64,000 bases of DNA from Squalus acanthias (lineage: Eukaryota), in contig CM059431.1 of assembly GCA_030390025.1 (NCBI GenBank), positions 151,344,001 to 151,408,000 of the forward strand, given 5' to 3'. The notes beneath the pieces are model-generated. The model had not been told where the DNA came from and did no database searches. It saw only the letters and a list, made by a program, of their open reading frames with translations. Positions 37,740 to 49,391 of the stretch are shown piece after piece. The position numbers and the translations under genes were made by a program. Within the stretch, counting starts at the first letter, position 1. The number at the start of each line of letters is the position of its first letter.

Positions 37740-38663
37740 ACAGAAGGAGTTATATGACCTCCAGTGGAAAGGTAGTAAAACATGGAAAGCTAATAGAAAG
37801 GTTATTTAAGGCGACACAGGCATCTTTAGAAACCGCAGTAATTAAAATAAAGGCCCACACGAAGACAGACATGGACCCCTCCCCACGTCTAGGGGTAAGA
37901 AATATTGCCTAGTAATAGTAGATCAGTTTACCAGGTGGGTCGAGGCATTCCATACTCGGGACTATACTGCCACCACCGTAGCACAAATAATGGCAGAGGA
38001 GGTAATTCCCAGATGGGGAGTACCGATCCAAATCGACTCAGATCAGGGAGCTCATTTTACGGGAGCATTAGTAAAGAATATATGCAAATGGATGGGCATA
38101 AAACAGAAATTCCACATCCCATTCCATCCTCAAGGTTCTGGAATGGTAGAAAGAATGAATCGCACCTTAAAAACAGCGGTAGCCAAAGCATTGGGGGAAA
38201 ACAGCAACGGTGGGTGGATGTGCTACCCACAGTATTCGTGAAACTAAGAACCACCCCAAATCGAACCACGGGCCTATCACCAGATGAGCTAATGACGGGG
38301 AGGGCAATGCAGCTCCCCGTTTTATAATGACTGGAGGAGAAGATGCGGGTCCCCTAAATGATAAACACTGCAGATATGTCCTGGAAATGAATAACCAATT
38401 GAACAAAATGTAACAGCAAACTAGGGAAAGACAGGAAGAAAGAGATAAAGATTTGGAATTTACCGCATTTCCATATATCCCACCAGCGGGGATCAAGGTA
38501 ATGGTAAAGAATCTACCAGGGACACCTGGGATCGCCCCAAAAATGGTCAGCACCATATCAGATTTTAATTAGTGGGGATACGTGTGCTTGCATTGATATA
38601 AAGGGCATGGGACGATGGAAGCACTGGACACTTCTGAAAGCCTATGACCCTTCACCAATTTAA
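37740..38663 (+). pseudogene. pol: ERV pol remnant: RNase H C-terminus fused by deletion to the integrase core and C-terminus
   Basis: GKVVKHG...AVIKIKAHT (RNase H); VIPRWGVPIQIDSDQGAHFT...HPQGSGMVERMNRTLK (rve); ends GRWKHWTLLKAYDPSPI*. Confidence 0.92.
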
Positions 38664-38665
38664 GA

Positions 38666-38893
38666 ATGGCTACACCAGAGCAAATACGTTTCACAGAAAT
38701 TGGGGAATATGCTAGACAATATGACGAATGGAAATGGACTTCAACTCAAACACTGCTTTCGATAATATGTTTTTTCTTGATAGGATATGCCTTGGGATAT
38801 ATCCTGAAATATGTTTGGGAACGGTCCCGTCAACTCCGACCGGTTGAACCACGGGAAGAAATCCAGATGGTTATAATCGAGGAACCAGCTTAA
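38666..38893 (+). CDS. Putative retroviral accessory small single-pass membrane protein (75 aa)
   Basis: ATG follows the pol stop after a 2-nt gap; uninterrupted frame; hydrophobic stretch TLLSIICFFLIGYALGYILKYVW followed by basic RSRQLR. Confidence 0.55.
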   Translation: MATPEQIRFTEIGEYARQYDEWKWTSTQTLLSIICFFLIGYALGYILKYVWERSRQLRPVEPREEIQMVIIEEPA

Positions 38894-39003
38894 TAAGAAT
38901 ATTATATCCACCCCCACAGGAAAATAGAATTTACAAGCAACAAAGTGGTTAGCTTGGCGATATAGCCTTTGGGACATTGTTAACATAAAGTGATAAGATA
39001 AAC

Positions 39004-39521
39004 GTGTTACGTGATATCATGTGTAGTTTGCTTGTTTGTGTAAACATAATATGTAGCCCCGGGGGGGGGGGGACTCAGGCTAGAGTACCCCCACGGGCCA
39101 AAAGAGAGTTATGGGTAAATTGGCAAGGGAATCCATTAACATGTCCTGAATATCGGATGGCACTTGACTATGTGTTGGCAGAAAAAGGGGGAACCTGTGC
39201 CCTAATAGGTATAGAATGTTGTACCTACATACCAGACAGCTCAAAAGAAATAACTAAATTGGCAGAACACATAAAGGAAGAAGTAAAAAAGTCAAAAAAA
39301 TCTCCGGCATCCACCCTTTGGGGCTGGACAACTGGATGGTTGGGATCACTCGGGACATCAGTAGTACAAGAATTGATTTTGTAGTTTGTTATAATATTAA
39401 TGATGTATGGTCTGGTCTTATTGCTGAAATGTTGCTGCGCCCAAATGGCAAAAGATGTCGTTCAAGCCACACCAGTGAGGCACGTGTGTCGTAACATAAA
39501 AGATAGATCTCTGTTTATCTA
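39004..39521 (+). pseudogene. env: ERV env remnant (most of SU deleted; TM immunosuppressive domain, CX6CC and anchor retained; stop at 39382-39384)
   Basis: Signal-like N-terminus, RAKR, RMALDYVLAEKGGTCALIGIECCTYIPD; hydrophobic FVIILMMYGLVLLL continues in frame after the stop. Confidence 0.92.
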
Positions 39522-40032
39522 AGAAAGGAAAATGCTTACGCACGGGTAGCGTTTTTATTCATGCATATGCAAAACTTTAGAGACAGAGTAGAGTAGGGAC
39601 AAACCATTGGTTGCGGCATATGACACAAGAAGAAACAGACAAACAGATGAAGAAGGGAACAACTTTAAGCTACAAGGAATACGTCTACACACGGAAGAAA
39701 AGGATCATCGCTATTTCAAAGAGAAGGACATGTTCATGACAATTCAGGCGGAGGATGGAGGGTAAAGAAAAAAAAAAGGAAGAGGAGAAGAAGAACCTAA
39801 ACTAAATGGTACAAATAGCTCAGCAGTCGTGATGTTACTGGACTGTGCAGCTCAACCTCTTCCATGGTGTCTTTCTCTCTCGTTCTCCCGAGCGCGTTCT
39901 CATTTACATTGGACTGTGAAACAATAATAACATCGTCAAAAGATCTCCTCAACAGAGCATAAGAAACTGTGTGCCGCCGTTATAACCATGGTATGATGGT
40001 CCCCAGGACAAATCAAGCTTTGGCCAGGGACC

Positions 40033-40044
40033 AATAGGAGGGAC
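40033..40044 (+). promoter_or_regulatory. Polypurine tract
   Basis: AATAGGAGGGAC immediately before the 3' LTR. Confidence 0.75.
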
Positions 40045-40595
40045 TGTAAGAGTAAAAATGTTAATGTAATAATGGAAGTGCAAATAAGTTTTAATGTTTA
40101 ATATTAGTTGAACTGCTTAAAGGACTATTGTAAAGGTCAAAGTAGCTCCCGAAGGCTACAAGCCGATGGAGACAGGGGTATAATTAGATAAAAGACCAGC
40201 TTGCTTGGTCTGCAGTATAGACAATGCAGACACTGCAGAACAAAAACGTGAATCATTGTTTTCTATAATAAACTAACCTCGAATAGGCGTAAGAATGAAA
40301 CCTTGCAGCGCAATGGCTGACCAAAAGCAGAATTACTGGATGGGTTTCGATAACATTGTAAGATTCCAATCAAGTTGATTTTAGAGACCGTTAGAGTCGC
40401 TCATGATGTAATAACTGTGCTGATGTTTGCATTTTCTGGCTTCTTGAAGTGTATAAAGAAGCTTAGCTGCCACTATTAAATTGAGAATCTGGTCATTAGA
40501 CCGCAATGCTATGATCTTCTCCCAGAGCGCTTTGAATGATAAACTTTGATCTTTTGCTTTGAGACAGTCTCGAGTGAATTAATTTTTCCCCAATA
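40045..40595 (+). repeat. 3' LTR
   Basis: Direct repeat of 35211-35761; terminal CA reads TA. Confidence 0.96.
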
Positions 40596-41690
40596 AAAGT
40601 ATGAGGAGACGGCATTATAAACTAAATGGTACAATTATAAAGGGGGTGTACGAACAGAAAGATCTGGGGGTATATGTGTACAAATTAGTGAAGGTGGCAG
40701 GGCAGGTTGAGAAAGCAGTTAAAAATCTATACGGGATCCTGGGCTTCATAAATAGAGGTATAGAGTACAACAATGTGGAAATTATGATGAACCTGTATAA
40801 AGCATTGGTTCGGCCCCAACTGGAGTACTGTGTCCAATTCTGGGAACCACACTTTAGGAAGGATGTGAAGGCCTTAGAGGGTGTGCACACAAGATTTACG
40901 AGAATGATTCCAGGCATGAGGGACGACAGTTAAGTTGATAGACTGGAGTAGCTGGGATTGTTCACCTTGGAGTGGATTGAGAGGAGATTTGAAAACTGAG
41001 GTACTCAAATCATCAGGGTCTGGACATAGTAGATAGAGATACATTGTTACCATTGGCAGAAGTTTCGCAAACCAAAGGACACAGAAACAAAGGCAGAATA
41101 AATAAACTTGTCACGCAGCGAGTGATTAAGATCTGGAATGAACTGCCTGACAGGGTGTTGGAGGTAGGCTTAATCTTATCTTCCAAAAAGGAGCTGGATA
41201 AGTGTCTGAAGTGAAACAAATTGCAGGGCTATGGGGCAATTGCGGAGGGCGAGGTAGTGAGACTAGCTGAGAAACGGCACGGGTTCGACGGGCCGAATGG
41301 CCTTTTTCCGTGCTGTAACCAGTCTATGATTCCATTATATGATTCTAACTTGTCCTGCCACCTTCAAAGATGTGTGTACATAACTCCCACGGCGGTGAGA
41401 TTCAGGAAAAAGGAAGTCAGATTGGGTACAAGGATTGAGATTGAGGAGTAGGGATCAGATTGATGAGAAGAGATCAGATTTTGGAGAAAGTGTCATTTCA
41501 GTTCGGAGGACACTCGGGGCAGGTTGATGGCTGTTACTGTGTTTGAGATAGAATGTGCTGGGAAGAGGTGTCGAGCTGAAGCAATACGGTGACGGTGCGT
41601 GTGTTCAGAGGGCGGCTGTGGGCAGGAAGTGAAGGAATTGTAATTCCCCACCACCGCCACTCAGTGTCGCAGTTTCGTTCGGATTTCAGA

Positions 41691-41763
41691 GCCCGGAGAG
41701 CTCAGTCAGTGGAGCATCAGACTTTTAATCTGAGGTTCGAGGGTTCAAGTCCCTCTTCTAGAA
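41691..41763 (+). pseudogene. tRNA-Lys(TTT) pseudogene, copy 5
   Basis: GCCCGGAGAGCTCAGTCAGTGGAGCATCAGACTTTTAATCTGAGGTTCGAGGGTTCAAGTCCCTCTTCTAGAA; D, anticodon and T stems pair, 3' acceptor strand is broken. Confidence 0.92.
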
Positions 41764-41937
41764 CACTTTTAATCAATTGACTCATCATTTGATTTACACT
41801 TTAAACCACCGGCTTTTTTTATAATCAATCACTAAAGTCTGTGTATCTTATTGAGGCTGCAGGAAAGAGCAACGTGAATGCTCGTTTTTTATGGTGCTAT
41901 AACCAAATAAGATTTGATAATTTATTCGAAAGGAATA

Positions 41938-42009
41938 GCCGCAGACCGGACTTGAACACTGGACTCTTATGTTTAAAATCTGGTGCTCCACCGACTGAGA
42001 TAGCCAGGT
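41938..42009 (-). pseudogene. Diverged inverted tRNA-Lys-derived pseudogene (c)
   Basis: Reverse complement ACCTGGCTATCTCAGTCGGTGGAGCACCAGATTTTAAACATAAGAGTCCAGTGTTCAAGTCC. Confidence 0.8.
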
Positions 42010-43562
42010 TCAAGCCTTCAATTTCACACAGCGACCTCCACTGGCTACCATGGAACATTACAGCGTTCACATTCAGCATTTCCAACTACATTAATTTCGT
42101 GTGTACAACGCATTTCTCTCTTACACACACACTCTCTGCCTTCCACAAGCCTCACTTCACAAATATTGTCCAACCCACCCACTTCTCGCTCATTAACAGC
42201 GCTACAATCCAGCACAAAGCGCACATTAATGGCTCCAGTTTGCATGAAGAAGCAATTCAATCTCCTTCGGTAAAGTGTGCTGCCGGGAAGGGAGAAAAAT
42301 GTTAAGAAAAAGCAGAATCATTAACAGGCTCAAATGCTAAAAGCTGTACAAGGCCAAAGAATGAAGTTGAATGTATTGATGATTATTCACACTCGAAGAG
42401 CATAACCTATAGACATTGAGAAGTCAAGATGTGGGTGAGAGGCTAATGGAATCATAGAATGACACAGTACAAAAGGAGGCCACTCGGCCCATCGTGCTTC
42501 TGGCGAAGCTTTGGTAGAGCAATGCAATAATCCAATCGCTGCTCTTTTCGATTGCTCTGTAATGTCTTTAAATTTTACTATTGAATCTGCTCTCACCGTC
42601 CTTTGTGGCCATGCATTCCACACCATAACAACTCATTGCTTCATTTTTTTTCCTCATGTCGCCTCTGGTTCATTTGCCAATCATCATCAATCTGTGTCCT
42701 CTGGTTACCGACACTTCTGACACTGGAAACAGTTTCTTCTTATGTAGTCTATCAAAGCGATTGTTGATTTTGAACACCTCAATAAATCTCCTCTTAACTT
42801 GCTCTGCTCGAAGGAGAGCAACCCCAGCTTTTCCAGTTTTATTGCATAACTGAAGTCGCTCATCCTGGGTAGAATTCTAGTAAATTTATTCTGCTCCCTC
42901 TAAAAGCCTTGATATCCACCCTAAAGTGTGATGCCCAGAACAATAATCCAGCTGAGGACTTTCCAATGATTCCTAAAGCTTCAGCATAACTTCCTTGACT
43001 GTACATTTTTCCTCTATTGATAAAGTCAAGGATCCCATATGTTTTTTAAATACTTTCTCAACTTGACCTGCCACCTTCAAAGATTAGAGTACATACAACC
43101 CCGCGGTGAGAGTGAGTAGAAGATTGACAGACTTCAAAAGGGAGTTGGATAAGTAACTGAAGGAAAAATATACGGTGCCCCTGGGACAGGGCAGTGGAAT
43201 GGGACGAGCTGAAGTGCTCTTGGAGAGAGCCAGCAAGGGCTGAACGGGCCGAATGCTCTCCATCTTTGCTGTAACCATTCTATGATTCAATGATTTGTCA
43301 GAAGGGATCAGATTGAGGAGTTGGGATCAGATTGAAGAGAAGCGGTCTGATTCAGGAGAAAGGGTCATTTCTGTTCGGAGCAGACTCGGGGCAGTTTGAC
43401 GGCTGTTAGTCTGTTTGAGATAGAATGTACTGAGAAGAGGTGTCGAGCTGAAACAAGGGGGTGACGGAGCGTGTACTCAGAGGGCAGCTGTGGGCAGGAA
43501 GTGAAAGGAATGTAATTCCCTAGCACAGCCACTCAGTGTCGCTGCTTAGTTTGCTTTTAAAA

Positions 43563-43636
43563 ACCCGGATAGCTCAGTCGGTAAAAAAATCAGACTTTTA
43601 ATCTGAAGTTCCAGCGTTCACGTCCCTGTGTGGGCG
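43563..43636 (+). pseudogene. tRNA-Lys(TTT) pseudogene, copy 6
   Basis: CCCGGATAGCTCAGTCGGTAAAAAAATCAGACTTTTAATCTGAAGTTCCAGCGTTCACGTCCCTGTGTGGGCG. Confidence 0.92.
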
Positions 43637-43744
43637 TTGCTTTCATCAAAGTAAACAGCAATTTAAAGTACCCACAATAGTTTATAACCTATCACAAAAA
43701 GCGTTTTAAATTTAAAAATATTCATTTATTTTATTAAGACATCA

Positions 43745-45905
43745 GGACATGAAGCCATCTTGAGTAAGAATGTTTAACTGCGGGAAGGCCAATTTCAGTG
43801 GGATCAGAACGGTTCTGTCCCGGGTAAACTATTATCATAGATTGAAGACAAAACTGTCGTGGAAAAATGGGCTGCGTTTAAAGAGGAAATAGTTCGGGAA
43901 CAGTCGAGGTACATTCCCACGAGGGGGGAAAGGTAGGGCAATTGAAGTCAGAGCTCCCTGCATGACGAAGCAAATAGCCAATATGTTGAACCAAAATAAG
44001 AGCGCGTATGACAGATGGCAGTTTACAAATACAGCTGAGAATCAGGCTAAATATAGAAAGATCAGAGGTGCGGGGAAAAAGAAAATAAGAAGGGTAATGT
44101 GAGGGTATGAGAACCGAATGGCATCCAACATAAAGTTAATCCAAAAGTCTTCTATAGGCATATAAATAGTAAAAGGGTAGTAAGAAGAGGGGTGGGGCCG
44201 ATTACGGACCAAAAAGGAGACGTATGCATGGTGACAGAGTGTATGGTTGAGGTAGTAAATGAGTTTTTTGCATCTGTCTTCACAACGAAGGTGGAAGCTG
44301 CCATAGACATAGTGAAGGAGGAGATAGTGGAGACACTTGATATTATACAAATTGATAAAGAAGAGGTATTAGAAAGGCTGGCTGTACTTAATGTAGATAA
44401 ATTACCAGGAGCGGATGGAATGCATCATAGGATGCTGAGGTATTTGAGGACGGAGAACGTGGAGGTACTGACATTAATATTCCAATCCTCCTTAGATACG
44501 GGGTTGGTGCCAGAGGACTGGAGAATCGCAAATGTTACACCAATTTTCAAAAAAGGGTGCAAAGATAATCCCAGCAACTACAGGCCAGTCAGTTTAACCT
44601 CGGTAGTGGGGAAACTTTTAGAAAAAGTAATCAGGGACAAAAATTCACAGTCAATTGAATAGGTCTGGATTTATTATGGAAAGCCAGCACGAATTTCTTG
44701 AAGGCAAATCGTGTTTAACCAATTGATCGAGTTTTTTGATGTGGTAACAGAGAGGGTTGATGAGGGTAATGCAGTTGATGTGGTCTACATGGATTTCCAA
44801 ACGGCGTTTGACAAAGTGCCACATAATAGGTTCGCCTGCAATATATGAACCCCAGGGGACAGTGGCAGCATTGATACAAAATTGGCTAAGTGAAAGGAAA
44901 CAGAGTGTAGTGGTGAACGGTTGTTTTTCGGACTGGAGGAACGTTTACAGTGGTGTTCACCAGGGGTCGATTCTGGGACCACTGCTTTTCTTGTTATATA
45001 TTAATGACTTGGACGTGGGTGTACAGGGCCCAATTTCAAAATTTGATGATGAAATAGAACTTGTAAGTATAGTGAACAATGAGCAGGAGAGTGATAGACT
45101 TCAGGAAGACATAAACAGGCTGGTGAAATAGGCGGATACATGTCAGATGGAATTTAATGCAGAAAAGTGTGAAGGAATACATTTTGGTAGAATGTATGAG
45201 GAGAGGAGATATAAACTAAATGAAACAATCCTAAAGGAGTTGTCCGATCAAAGAGACATGGGCGTATATGTGTACAAAAGGTTAAACTCTTACGGGATCC
45301 TGGGCTTCATAAATAGAAGTATATGTTACAAAAGTGGAAATTATGATGAACCTGTATAAAACACTGGTTCGGACCCAAATGGAGTACTCTGTCCAATTCT
45401 GTTTACCGCACTTTCAGAAGTATGTGCAGGCCTTAGAGAGGGTGCTGAAAAGATTGACGAGAATGATTCCAGGAATGAGGGATTTCAATTAAGTTGTTAG
45501 ACGGCAGAAGCTGTGTTTGTTTGTCTTGGAGGAGAGAATATTGAGAGCAGATTTGCTCAAAATCATGAGGTGTCTGGACAGAGTAGATACATAAAAACTG
45601 TTCCAATGGGCAGAAGGGTCGAGAACCAGAGGACACAGATTTAAGGTGATTGGCAAAAGTACCAAAGGCGACGTAAGAGAAACCTTTTTTTATGCTGAGA
45701 GTGATTAAGATCCGTAATGCACTGCCTGCAACATTGGTGGAGTCAGAGTCAATCTTACCTTTCAAACAAGAGTTGGATAAGTATTTGAAGGAAAAAAAAT
45801 CAGGGTTGTGGGGATAGGGCAGGGACGAGCTGAGAGTCGGCATGGCTTCGATGTGCCGAATGCCTTTCTTCCGTGCTTGTAATAATTCTATGATTCCATT
45901 CTATA
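43745..45905 (+). mobile_element. CR1 LINE (paralog of 33765-41345 without the ERV)
   Basis: Same 5' junction downstream of a tRNA copy; ORFs 44192-45359. Confidence 0.9.
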
Positions 45906-46029
45906 ATTTTAAATTGTCCTGCCACCTTCAAAGATTTGTGTACATAACCCCCTGGCGGTGAGATTAAGGAAAAGGGAGTCAGATTGCGGACAAGTGATGA
46001 GATGGAGTTTTGGGGATCAAAAATTGAGG

Positions 46030-47550
46030 AGTCATAGAGTCATAGAGTTATACAGCACAGAAAGCGTCCCTTCGGCCCATCGTGTCCGCGCCGGCCATCA
46101 AGCCCTGTCGATTCGAATCCCATTTTCCAAACCCTTGGTCCGTTATCTTTTATGCTATGGCGTTTCAAGTGCTCATCTAAATGCTTCTTGAAGGTTGTGA
46201 GAGTTACTGCCTCTACCAGGCTTTCAGGCAGTAAGTTCCAGATTCCCACCACCCTCTGGGTGAAAAAGCCTTTCCTTAAATCCCCTCTAAAACTCCTGCA
46301 CCATACCTTGAAACTATGCCCCCTGGTTATTGACCCATCTACCAAGGGGAAAGGTTCATTTCTATCTGCCCTTTCTACCCCCCTCATAATTTTGTACACC
46401 TCAATCAGGTCCCCCCTGGCCTTCTCTGCTCCAAGGAAAACAACCCCAGCCTATCCAGTCTCTCTTCATAGCTGAAACGCTCCAGCCCTGGTAACATCCT
46501 GGTGAATCTCCTCTGCAGCCTTTTTAATGCAATCATATCCTTCCTGTATTATGGAGACCAGAACTTCACAGTATTCCAGCTGTTGCCTAACTAGTGTTTT
46601 ATGCAGCTGTATCAAAACCTCCCTGCTCCTATATTCTATGCATCGGCTAGTGAAGGCAAGTGTCCCATATGCTTTCTTAATCACCTTATCTACCTGTCCT
46701 GCTGGGTTCAATGATCTATGTACATGCACACCAAGGTCCCTCTGATCCTCTGTCCTTCCTAGGGTCCTACCATTCATTCAGAATTCCCTTGCCTTGTTGG
46801 TCCTCCCAAAATCCATCACCACACACCTTTCAGGATTAAATTCCATTTGCCACTGTTGTGCCCATCTGACCAACGCGTCTAAAACGTCCTGTAAACTGAG
46901 GATTCCCTCCTCGCTATTTACCACTCCACAAATGTCCGTGTCATCTGCGAACTTACTCATCATACCTCCTACATTCATATCTAAATCATTAATGTACACT
47001 ACAAACAGCAACGGACCCAGCACCGATCCCTGCAGTACACCACTGGACACAGGCTTCCAGTCACAAAAACAACCTTCGACAATTACCCTCTGCGTCCTGC
47101 CACTAAGCCAATTTTGGATCCAATGTGACTAATTGCCCTGGATCTCATGGGCGCTTACAGTCTTGACCAGTCTCCCATGCGTGGCTTTGTCAAAAGACTT
47201 CCTGAAGTCCATGTAGACTACATCAACTGCACTACCCTCATCCACAACCTAGTCACACCCTCGAAAATTCAATCATATTGGTTAGACTTCTTCTCCCCCT
47301 GACAAAGCTATGCTGACTATGCTTGATTAATCCTTTTCTCTCCAAGTGGAGACTAATTCTGTCCTTCAGAATGTTTTCCATTAATTTCCCGACCACTGAT
47401 ATTAGGCTCACTAGACTGTAATTCCCTGGTTCATCCCTATTGCCCTTCTTGAACAATGGTACGACTTTATCTGTTCTCCAGTCCTCTGGCACCTCCTCTG
47501 TTGCCAGGGAGGTTCTGAAAATTTGTGTCAGAGCCCCTGCAATCTCCTGC
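46030..47550 (-). mobile_element. CR1 LINE inserted into the tRNA 5' flank
   Basis: SGVLQGSVLGP and KFADDT; 3' tail (CTATGACT)n at ~46030. Confidence 0.9.
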
Positions 47551-47787
47551 GAGCTGATTGAAGATAAGAGATCAGATTCAGGACAAAGTGTAATTTTAGT
47601 CCAGAGGAACTCGGGGCAGGTTAATGGCTGTCAGTGTGTTTGAGATAGAATGTGTTGAGAAGAGGTGTCGAGCTGAAGTAATGGGCTGACGGTGCTTGTG
47701 TTTAGAAGGCGGCTGTGGGCAGGAAGTGAAGGGAATGTATTGTCCTCCCACAGACACTCAGGGTCGATGTTTCGTTTGTCATTGAAA

Positions 47788-47860
47788 GATCGATTAGCTC
47801 AGCGTGTAGCGCATCAGACATTTAATCTGAAGATCCAGGGTTCAAATCCCTGTTCTGGTG
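47788..47860 (+). pseudogene. tRNA-Lys(TTT) pseudogene, copy 7
   Basis: TAGCTCAGCGTGTAGCGCATCAGACATTTAATCTGAAGATCCAGGGTTCAAATCCCTGTTCTGGTG. Confidence 0.88.
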
Positions 47861-48139
47861 TTGCTTTAACCAATGGAAACAACAATTTCAAGCACCGATG
47901 TTATATATTAGCCTATCACAAATATCGTTTTAAATTGAAAAATACTCATGTATTTTATTGAGACAACAGGAAAGATCAGCGTGAATTACTCGTGTTTTAT
48001 GATTCTCCAGTAAAGTAAGAGTTCAAATAAAGAAAGATAAGTTGTTGGCTGATCTGTGTCCGATATCCATCCCCCGCCTTGGCTCCATATCCTTTATATG
48101 TCGAGCTGAAGCAATGGGGTGACGGTGCTTGTGTTTAGA

Positions 48140-48993
48140 CTGTATAACCTTTCCGATCCTTTCTGGCTACAGGTGAGTTGGCAGAGGACTGGAGCAATGC
48201 TAACGTGATACTGTTGTTTAAAAAGGGACAAAAGGAATAGACCGAGTAATTAAAGGCCAGTCAGCCTAATCTCGGTGCTGGGATAATTATTGGACAAATT
48301 CTGAGGGCAGGATAAATCATCGTTTAGAAAGACACGGATTAATCAGGGACAGTCAGCACGGATTTGTTAAGGGAAGTTCGCTTCTGACTAACTTGATTGA
48401 GGCATAGAATATAACGGCAGGGAGGTATTGCTTGAATTATATAAAATACTAGTTAGGCCGTTCTGGTCACCCCATTTACAGGAAGAATGTGCTTGCACGA
48501 GAGAGGGTGCAGAGGAGATTTACCAGGATGTTGCCTGGGCTGGGGATTTTCAGCTAAGAGGAAAGGTTGAATAGGCTGAGGTTGTTTTCATTGGAACAGA
48601 GAACGCTGAGGGGGGACCTAATTGCGGTGTATAAAGTTATCAGAGGCCAAGATAGAGTGGATATAAATGATCTATTTCCCTTAGCAGAAGAGTCAATAAC
48701 GAGGGGGCATAGATTTAAAGTAATTGGTCGGAGGTTTAGAGGGGATTTGAAGATACTTTCTTTCACCCAGAGGCTGCTGGGGGTCTGGATCTCACTGCCT
48801 GAAAGAGTGGTAGAGGTAGAGACACACATCACATTTAAAAAGTAATTGGTTATGCACTTGAAGTGCCGTAACCTACAAGGCTACGTACCAAGTGCTGGAG
48901 AGTGAGATTAGGGTGGATAGCTCATTGCCGGACGGCACAGACAAGTTGGGCCGAATGGCCTCTTCTATGCCTTAAATTTCGATGATTCTATGA
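48140..48993 (+). mobile_element. Internally deleted CR1 fragment
   Basis: LRLFSLEQRTLRGDLI and TRGHRFK; 3' UTR GGGCCGAATGGCCT. Confidence 0.85.
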
Positions 48994-49391
48994 CTGATCT
49001 GTATCGGAACTCCTCCCCCCGCCTTGGCTTCATATCATTTATACCCTTGTCTAGCAAAACTCAATCGATCTCCGATTGAATTTGATTAATCGATCTGTTC
49101 TCTGTGCGAGAGAGTTCCACACTTCCAGCACATTTTGCATGAAGAAGTGGTTCATAACTTCTCTCCTGAATGGCCTGTCTTTGTTTATCTGATGCTGACA
49201 CTGTTCTGGGAACGGACAATAAGCAAACATCCCTTACTGCGATGTGCAGCAGTGCTCAGACAGAGAGATACAATGGAAATGTGAGAATAATTAAAAATTG
49301 TAAGAAGGAGTTGCATTTATGCTGCGGCTATCACTCTCAAAGGACGTCCCAAAGCGTTTGACAGACAACTAAATACTTTTTCAAGTGTATC

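Larger units (their letters stand above)
35211..40595 (+). mobile_element. Endogenous retrovirus provirus, class I-type env, internally deleted and non-autonomous
   Basis: Two ~550-bp LTRs, PBS, PPT, 4-bp TSD AAAG (35207-35210 and 40596-40599), and RNase H, integrase and env remnants. Confidence 0.96.

Noticed and set aside
41841..42305. 154-aa ORF and paralogs (28651-28947, 57885-58277) as a repeated gene
   Set aside because: They overlap the inverted tRNA pseudogene and its flank; starts, stops and frames differ between paralogs
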